A stretch of DNA of 13,294 nucleotides from an uncultured bacterium. Lineage in GTDB: Bacteria; CSSED10-310; CAZUFC01. Of this stretch, positions 7,455 to 13,294 are shown one piece after another. Where the stretch lies: the NCBI GenBank assembly GCA_964619725.1, contig CAZUFC010000183.1, positions 1-13,294 of the forward strand. The letters run 5' to 3'. The notes under the pieces were generated by a model. It was not told the DNA's origin. It made no database searches and worked only from the letters and a program-made list of their open reading frames with translations. Positions within the stretch are counted from its first letter, which is position 1. Each line of letters opens with the position of its first letter. Position numbers and translations under genes: made by a program.

Positions 7455-8927
7455 ATGAAAACGGTTATATTTTACAATATCGGTCAGAGCGATATTCGAA
7501 TAAACGATGAGGAAAAGGATTCTTTTTCAATAAAAAATCAGGAAAGCAGAATTAAAGACTTTAAAACTCCGACCAGAATAGCTTATGAGAACTTTTCAGA
7601 AAGTAAATGCATAATCCATGGAGAGGGGCTTTGTATGCAGCAAGACAAAAAAGTTGATTTTCCCCTCTTGTATCAAACGATTAATTACATGGAAAGCAAG
7701 GGTATAGATTTTGATGAAATTGTCTTTTTTTTCAGCGATCAGAAAGGCATTTACAGTGTTACAGACACAGTCTATGTTGCTGAACTTTTTGAATTGTTCC
7801 TATCAAAAAGACGCCCTAAAACCAATGTGAAAAAAATCAAAATAGATCAGAATCCCCAGGACTATGATCTCATGATGAAGTTTTACGCACGGTTTGTAGA
7901 AGAAAACAGGGAACAAATCGAGAATAACTTTAAAAATGTACTGGTTTTATCTCCTGGGACGCCGGCAACGACTTTCTCATTAATAGTCAATTTTCAACCT
8001 TTCACCAATATTCATCCTATATACATCCCACGTGCCGGAGAGCCAAAAAAAGTAGATGTGCTTGGAACTTTAGTGAGAGAACGATATAGAAGGATGCTGA
8101 TGGACGCCATTAGAAACTATGATTATCATTCGGCTGAGAGAATTTTATTACATTCAAACTTCAAAGATGAATCCTTATGTTATGTTTTTTCTGCTTTGAA
8201 TGACAGGCTGAATTTCCGATTCGATACAGCGTGGGACAAATTAAAAAACTATTTATCGAAATCAGGAGATGACTGGATAAAAATTGAAAATAATTTCGCT
8301 GAATTGATTAAAAAAGACTCGACAAATGCAAAAATGATAGAACTTTTCAATAACATAGACATCAAATTTAAGAAAGGTCGTTTTATAGAAGCTGTAGCGA
8401 TGATTTTCAGATTACAGGAGGCGGTTCTTCTTGAAACTGTTTCTGAAATATTGGAAACGAAAATAGAGAAGATTGACGGGAAGTTCAGGTCCTTCGTGAA
8501 TGCAATAGAAGACAGGAAAGATTTGCATAATTTTCTAAGAAAAAAGAAAACCAGATATGAAAGTCCAAACAGATTCGTGTTGACGAGAATTATAAGTTGT
8601 TATGCTGAAAACGAAAAGAAAGCAGGATTGAAAGAGAAGTATAAAATGATATTAAGTTTTTCCGAAAAGCTTGGAAAGATCGGCGAGGATATTCATTCTG
8701 GAGATTTGACTAATTGCACCCTGGGGGATTTGAGAAATGCCTCGCCATTTGGCCATGGGTACAGAGGGATAAATGAGGATGATATAAAAAGCGTTTACGG
8801 TTCCGGTTCAGCAACTTTACTGAGTGATTTAAAAGCATTCCTGAAAGTTCATTTGAAGAAAAAGCCCGTGAATTTTTATGAGTCGATAAATAAATCAATG
8901 GAGGAGAAAATAAGACTTCTCGAATAA
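7455..8927 (+). CDS. CARF + HEPN ancillary effector (Csm6/Csx1-like cOA-activated RNase)
   Basis: The N-terminus has a Rossmann-like CARF pattern (IFYNIGQSD ... DEIVFFFSDQ ... DT ... NPQDYD ... LSPGTPA). A helical middle region follows, then the C-terminal HEPN motif R427-NASPFG-H434 (RX6H, 8733-8756). Strong RBS GAAAGGAG, directly after csm5. The exact subfamily cannot be determined by eye. Confidence 0.78.
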   Translation: MKTVIFYNIGQSDIRINDEEKDSFSIKNQESRIKDFKTPTRIAYENFSESKCIIHGEGLCMQQDKKVDFPLLYQTINYMESKGIDFDEIVFFFSDQKGIYSVTDTVYVAELFELFLSKRRPKTNVKKIKIDQNPQDYDLMMKFYARFVEENREQIENNFKNVLVLSPGTPATTFSLIVNFQPFTNIHPIYIPRAGEPKKVDVLGTLVRERYRRMLMDAIRNYDYHSAERILLHSNFKDESLCYVFSALNDRLNFRFDTAWDKLKNYLSKSGDDWIKIENNFAELIKKDSTNAKMIELFNNIDIKFKKGRFIEAVAMIFRLQEAVLLETVSEILETKIEKIDGKFRSFVNAIEDRKDLHNFLRKKKTRYESPNRFVLTRIISCYAENEKKAGLKEKYKMILSFSEKLGKIGEDIHSGDLTNCTLGDLRNASPFGHGYRGINEDDIKSVYGSGSATLLSDLKAFLKVHLKKKPVNFYESINKSMEEKIRLLE

Positions 8928-8991
8928 AAAATAATTACGACCCAGATAAAATGATTTTATTAAAAAGCGACAAGGATGAAGGTAATTAATC

Positions 8992-10905
8992 ATGAACCTG
9001 ATATACCAGTATAATTCTGTTAAGAGCAAAATGGATTCCGGCCAAAGGCAAACGGCGTGTGAATTGGCGAAGAGCGTGGACACGCGCGGCGTACGTGATG
9101 CGAGCGAGCATATAAAGTGGGCGGAGGTAATGGAGGAGTTGGAGTTGTATGATCTGATGGTGCGTGAGTTGAATCTGGCTTTGCGTGATGATCCATTGAA
9201 CGAGGATACGTGTTATCGTTTGTCAGAGGCTTTTCTGGACCAGGGCAATATGGACCGTGCTGCGGGGTGTTTGCTGGCTTTAATGAAAAGGAAGCCTGGA
9301 ACGGTTGAGGTTTATAAACGTGCGGGCCGTGTGTTTGAGGAAGCTGAGGATTATGACAAGGCGATAAAGATATACCGTTTAGGTTTGAAGAAGACGGGCG
9401 ACGATTCGTTCAAGCCGTTGATACGGTCCCTGGAATTCGTTGAGCCGGAGGAGGAGGAATATGAGTCTGAGGAGCAGGGGGAGCAGATTCTTCCGGCGCG
9501 TCATAATCTGGTGACTTTTACGACGCTTTTTGCGGGGAGGGAAGGTGTTTACGCCAGGCAGTGGGGAAGTCCCACCGGTTCGACGGGTTATACGCCGGTG
9601 CGCGAACCTTTTACTTTGAAGGTCGCGGAAAATCACATACTCGGCAATCACACCGTGGGCATTTATCCCATGCGGCTGGACAATACGGTCAATTTTATTG
9701 CGATTGACCTGGACCTGCCGAAGTTTGTGGTCAATAAAGCCATCCGTCAGGAAAGTCAATGGAAAAAGTCGATGGAGAGGCTGCATCGAGTCGCATGCCG
9801 TATCATAGACATCGGCGCTGAACACGGCATTCCCGTTTATCTGGAGGATTCGGGATTCAAGGGCAGACATTGCTGGATTTTTCTGGAAACGCCTGTGCCT
9901 GCGTCTGTGGCCAAAAAATTGGGTGATTTTTTCATCGAGTGTCTGGATGAGAAGTCGCCTGAAGTTTCGATTGAACTGTTTCCCAAGCAGAGCAGGGTCA
10001 AGCGGGGAGGATTGGGCAACCTGATAAAACTGCCCCTGGGTTTTCACAAGAAAACGGGGAAACGCAGCCTCTTTATGAATCCCGACGGTACGCCGGTCAA
10101 GCAACAATTAAAACATCTCGACGGCATCGAACGGGTGAAAAGAGGCCGCGTATTTGATCTGGTTATGCAATACAAAAGCCGGGCCAGGAAGGATGATATA
10201 CCTTTTGACGAAGAGCCTGTAAGGGAGTATCCGCCGAAGGACGAACCTGGTATGGCGCCGGAGCGGAAGGTTCGCCGGGCGCCGCAAAGAGAGACGGAAA
10301 CGTTTGATTTTGATCGTGATCCTGAAGTGCAGTATCTGATGCTCAAGTGTCCCGTTATAAGGAGTATAGTGGAAAAAGTCAACCGGGAAGCGGCAATAGG
10401 AAAACAGGAAGCCATTGTCCTTATTCATTCCATGGGGCATCTGCGGCATGGTCCCGATGCCGTCAATCACCTGTTTAAAAAATGCATCAATTCGGACCCC
10501 GACCTGTTCCTTAAATCCAGGATCAGGGGCAATCCGGTGAGTTGCCCCAAGATCAGAGCCAGGGTACCGGATATTACCTCAAAAGTCGACTGCAACTGCC
10601 GTTTCGATATGTCCTCCAATATGTACCCCACTCCGTTGATCCATATCCACAACATGAAAGAGGAACAGAAGAGCAGGCCCCTCGGCATGACAGTCGATTC
10701 CATGCAGTTCCAGAACCTGCTCCATGAATACCTGCGTCTGAAAAAACAGGCCCGCGAGATCGGAATACTCATAAAAAAATACGAAACGCAATTGCACGAC
10801 TATTTCGATCACGCCGGAATGGATGTCATGAATACGCCTATGGGGCGATTGAAACTGATGAAAAATGAGAATGGCGAGCCTTCCTTTACGCTTGAATTTA
10901 ATTGA
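8992..10905 (+). CDS. CRISPR-associated primase-polymerase (CAPP): TPR + AEP Prim-Pol + Cys-rich PriL/PriCT-like CTD
   Basis: The N-terminal ~150 aa is TPR-like (ALRDDPLN..CYRLSEAFLDQG; VYKRAGRVFEEAEDYDKAIKIYRLGL). AEP motif I is FIAID239LD241, motif II is SGFKGRH293 and motif III is IE328LFPKQ, followed by GNLIKLPLG. C-terminal cysteines are at 453, 498, 518 and 534/536. The gene lies immediately upstream of cas1-cas2. An alternative start is ATG 9031. Confidence 0.88.
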   Translation: MNLIYQYNSVKSKMDSGQRQTACELAKSVDTRGVRDASEHIKWAEVMEELELYDLMVRELNLALRDDPLNEDTCYRLSEAFLDQGNMDRAAGCLLALMKRKPGTVEVYKRAGRVFEEAEDYDKAIKIYRLGLKKTGDDSFKPLIRSLEFVEPEEEEYESEEQGEQILPARHNLVTFTTLFAGREGVYARQWGSPTGSTGYTPVREPFTLKVAENHILGNHTVGIYPMRLDNTVNFIAIDLDLPKFVVNKAIRQESQWKKSMERLHRVACRIIDIGAEHGIPVYLEDSGFKGRHCWIFLETPVPASVAKKLGDFFIECLDEKSPEVSIELFPKQSRVKRGGLGNLIKLPLGFHKKTGKRSLFMNPDGTPVKQQLKHLDGIERVKRGRVFDLVMQYKSRARKDDIPFDEEPVREYPPKDEPGMAPERKVRRAPQRETETFDFDRDPEVQYLMLKCPVIRSIVEKVNREAAIGKQEAIVLIHSMGHLRHGPDAVNHLFKKCINSDPDLFLKSRIRGNPVSCPKIRARVPDITSKVDCNCRFDMSSNMYPTPLIHIHNMKEEQKSRPLGMTVDSMQFQNLLHEYLRLKKQAREIGILIKKYETQLHDYFDHAGMDVMNTPMGRLKLMKNENGEPSFTLEFN

Positions 10906-11004
10906 TTTTGTCTTTGAATCCTTCTCTGGAGTTGCGCTTAGTTTAACCCGGGCTCTGGAGTTTCACCCCTTCAGGAGCATTCTAACGGTAAAAAGGAATA
11001 AAAC

Positions 11005-12054
11005 ATGAGCGTAATGTATGTGGCGGACCAGGGAGCTTATCTGACGAAAACGGGGAATCGGTTGGTCGTCAAGAAAGCCCGGGAAACTCTGCAGTGGGTT
11101 CATGCCTTTAAAATCGAGCAGCTTGTGCTCATGGGCAATATTACCCTTTCGCCTCATGCCGTTGCATTTCTCCTTCAACAGGGCATCGATACCGTATTTA
11201 TGTCTTTGCACGGAAAATACCGGGGACGCCTGATCTCACGATTCGGTAAGAATATCGAATTGAGAAGACGACAGTTCCGCTGCCTGGACGATCCTGTTAT
11301 CGTTCTTGCACTGGCTAAAAGTTACGTCAGGGGTAAACTCGAAAATTGCCGAACCCTGCTCAGAAAATATAATAAAAGACTGAAAAACAAAGCCGTTATT
11401 TCAACCGTTCATCGCATTACCTCCACAATTAAAAAAATCGGGGAGGCCGAGTCGGTCGAAAGCCTGAGAGGACTCGAAGGACAATGCGCTGCATCCTATT
11501 TCGGATGCTTCGGAAATCTCCTCTCAGTCAATGATATTTCTTTCGACGGACGAAACAGAAGACCGCCCAAAGACCCGGTCAACGTCCTGCTCAGCCTGGG
11601 TTATACACTCCTCGCCAACGCCGTCCAAACCCAGATCAACGTCACTGGACTCGATCCCTACCTGGGATGCCTGCACTCCGCTGAATACGGCCGTCCCTCT
11701 CTCGTCCTCGACATCATGGAAGAATTCAGACCCGTAGTCATCGATTCCCTCGTCCTTACTCTCATCAATAAAAAAATCATCAGCGTCAACGATTTCTATA
11801 AACCCGACGAACACGAACCCGCAGCCTTCGATTTCGCAGAAGAATTCAGCTCCCCCAATGACTATCCCATCCTACTCAAACACCAGGGTATGAAAAAATT
11901 CATCGCCTATTATGAAAAAAAACTCAATCGTAAATTACTCTATAACCCGAAAGGACAACGACTGACCATCAGGCAGATTTGCCTGGAACAGGCCAGAAAA
12001 TTCGTGGGACATCTCCAGGGAGAAGAAAGTTATGAACCCTTCATCATGAGATGA
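11005..12054 (+). CDS. cas1: CRISPR-associated endonuclease Cas1
   Basis: Motifs QGAYLTK, IEQLVLMGNITLS, LRGLEGQCAASYF, RNRRPPKDPVNVLLSLGY, GLDPYLGCLH and LVLDIMEEFRP. The catalytic E/H/E residues are present. RBS AAGGA. Confidence 0.97.
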   Translation: MSVMYVADQGAYLTKTGNRLVVKKARETLQWVHAFKIEQLVLMGNITLSPHAVAFLLQQGIDTVFMSLHGKYRGRLISRFGKNIELRRRQFRCLDDPVIVLALAKSYVRGKLENCRTLLRKYNKRLKNKAVISTVHRITSTIKKIGEAESVESLRGLEGQCAASYFGCFGNLLSVNDISFDGRNRRPPKDPVNVLLSLGYTLLANAVQTQINVTGLDPYLGCLHSAEYGRPSLVLDIMEEFRPVVIDSLVLTLINKKIISVNDFYKPDEHEPAAFDFAEEFSSPNDYPILLKHQGMKKFIAYYEKKLNRKLLYNPKGQRLTIRQICLEQARKFVGHLQGEESYEPFIMR

Positions 12055-12151
12055 TTGAAAGGATGCCGACGGGATTGTCTACAGCGGTTCGCTCCGGTAT
12101 GCCCTTCAAAGATTATCCATGAAGAAACAGGATTGAACAAAGGAAAAAAGT

Positions 12152-12427
12152 ATGTTCGTGACCGTGGCTTACGACATCGTCGACGACAAAATAAGGAATA
12201 AAGCCGCCAAAATTCTGTCGGAATACGGACGGAGGGTTCAGAAAAGCGTCTTCGAATGCCTTATCGACGACGGGAAATACCTGAAAATGAAGGAACGACT
12301 GGATAAACTCATTGACAAAGAACAGGATACCGTGAGATATTACATATTGTGCAGAAGATGTACAGGAAACATTGAAGTGACGGGATGGGGAACGGTAGAA
12401 GAGGATGATGACGTTATTATCGTTTAA
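12152..12427 (+). CDS. cas2: CRISPR-associated endoribonuclease Cas2
   Basis: 91 aa with VAYDI, RVQKSVFEC and DTVRYYILC motifs, lying between cas1 and the leader. Confidence 0.96.
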   Translation: MFVTVAYDIVDDKIRNKAAKILSEYGRRVQKSVFECLIDDGKYLKMKERLDKLIDKEQDTVRYYILCRRCTGNIEVTGWGTVEEDDDVIIV

Positions 12428-12660
12428 AAGCAGCAACTTAAAGAAAAAATGGTCACATCGTAAGCGATTAAACCCCGATTCTGTAATTCATTGTAAACAA
12501 ATAATTTCAAAAAAAAGATGTGACCATCTGTAACCTATTGATTTAAAATGATTTTTGCGAGATTTCAAAAAATGCTCTCACCCTCAGGGGGGATACCCCC
12601 CCATACATGTGACCAAAACCGTTTCTACGCCTTTTACTTTCAATGACTTGCAGAGCAACG
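12428..12660 (+). promoter_or_regulatory. CRISPR leader
   Basis: AT-rich non-coding stretch between the cas2 stop and the first repeat. It contains three copies of ATGTGACCA and IHF-like sites. Confidence 0.85.
12531..12543 (-). promoter_or_regulatory. IHF consensus site in the leader
   Basis: The reverse complement AATCAA-TAGG-TTA is a perfect match to WATCAANNNNTTR. Near matches lie at 12484-12496 (-, TTACAATGAATTA) and 12638-12650 (+, TTTCAATGACTTG). Confidence 0.55.
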
Positions 12661-13220
12661 GTCGGAATGATTGACCTGATTTAGAAGGGATTAGGACAAA
12701 GATGTTGATTCCGTTAACTTTTTTCATCCTTCAGTCGGAATGATTGACCTGATTTAGAAGGGATTAGGACGATAGGGACTGCTGTATCAACGCAGTTTTT
12801 ACCCTGCGTCGGAATGATTGACCTGATTTAGAAGGGATTAGGACCCATAGTCATTTCTAGTTGGTGAAATGTTGATTTCAATGTCGGAATGATTGACCTG
12901 ATTTAGAAGGGATTAGGACTCAGCTCCTTTCGGACGGCGGTATTGTTAAATTGCTATGTCGGAATGATTGACCTGATTTAGAAGGGATTAGGACCGTAAA
13001 CAGAGCCATACTCGTTTTCCAGAACCTCATAATGTCGGAATGATTGACCTGATTTAGAAGGGATTAGGACACCTTTGCTACAATATCCGGCTCCGCACCC
13101 GTTGTCGTCGGAATGATTGACCTGATTTAGAAGGGATTAGGACGTATAGACGGCGCACAAAAAAACAAACACTTTGAAGCCGGGTCGGAATGATTGACCT
13201 GATTTAGAAGGGATTAGGAC
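12661..13220 (+). CRISPR. CRISPR array: 8 identical 37-bp repeats GTCGGAATGATTGACCTGATTTAGAAGGGATTAGGAC, 7 spacers
   Basis: Repeats start at 12661, 12734, 12808, 12883, 12958, 13034, 13107 and 13184. Spacers are 36, 37, 38, 38, 39, 36 and 40 bp, all different. Orientation is inferred from the leader position and the 3' end ATTAGGAC (predicted 8-nt handle). Confidence 0.99.
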
Positions 13221-13221
13221 T

Positions 13222-13241
13222 TCGAGGGGATGGACCCTCGA
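13222..13241 (+). terminator. Hairpin directly after the last repeat (possible terminator or 3' stabiliser)
   Basis: TCGAGGG-gatgga-CCCTCGA forms a perfect 7-bp stem. There is no adjacent U-tract, so the terminator function is uncertain. Confidence 0.3.
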
Positions 13242-13294
13242 TGAGCCTGATCAAATATTTTGCTGGAAATTCAGGGAAAAATCGTCAAAATAAG

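Noticed and set aside
9379-10107. 242-aa antisense ORF, and the other antisense or out-of-frame ORFs inside cas genes
   Set aside because: They are fully nested opposite or within well-supported genes and have no motifs, so they are shadow ORFs.
8992-12054. Reverse transcriptase or Cas4 fusion in the adaptation module
   Set aside because: There is no YxDD RT motif or RecB-like Cas4 motif. Cas1 is stand-alone size and the upstream protein has AEP motifs.
12995-13033. Self-targeting: the reverse complement of spacer 5 shares GGTTCTGGAAAA with csm4 (~5589-5600)
   Set aside because: Only 12 nt match and the flanks diverge, which is compatible with chance. No full spacer match to the window was seen by eye.
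13221-13294. Ninth degenerate repeat
   Set aside because: The sequence at the expected position (~13257-13294) shows no similarity to the repeat.

Overview
This window holds a nearly complete type III-A (Csm) CRISPR-Cas locus, all on the + strand. The order is cas10/csm1 (HD and GGDD motifs intact), csm2, csm3, csm4, csm5, then an AT-rich CARF + HEPN (Csm6/Csx1-like) effector gene. An adaptation module follows, made of a TPR-AEP primase-polymerase (CRISPR-associated Prim-Pol, CAPP), cas1 and cas2. It ends with a ~230-bp leader and an array of 8 identical 37-bp repeats with 7 spacers of 36-40 bp. No cas6, cas4, reverse transcriptase or ring nuclease gene is visible in the window. Features worth a second look: (1) the CAPP, with a Cys-rich PriL-like C-terminal domain, an extra coiled-coil tail and an internal DDIPF motif; (2) a Csm5 carrying a Zn-ribbon insertion and a Pro-linked ~95-aa extra domain; (3) a leader with three copies of ATGTGACCA interleaved with IHF-like sites; (4) a shared AT-rich motif upstream of the interference module, the adaptation module and the array; (5) G-rich to C-rich synonymous skew gradients along genes; (6) a (CCCGAT)n tract with an inverted partner upstream of cas10. 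All calls come from motif recognition by eye; no database search was run.
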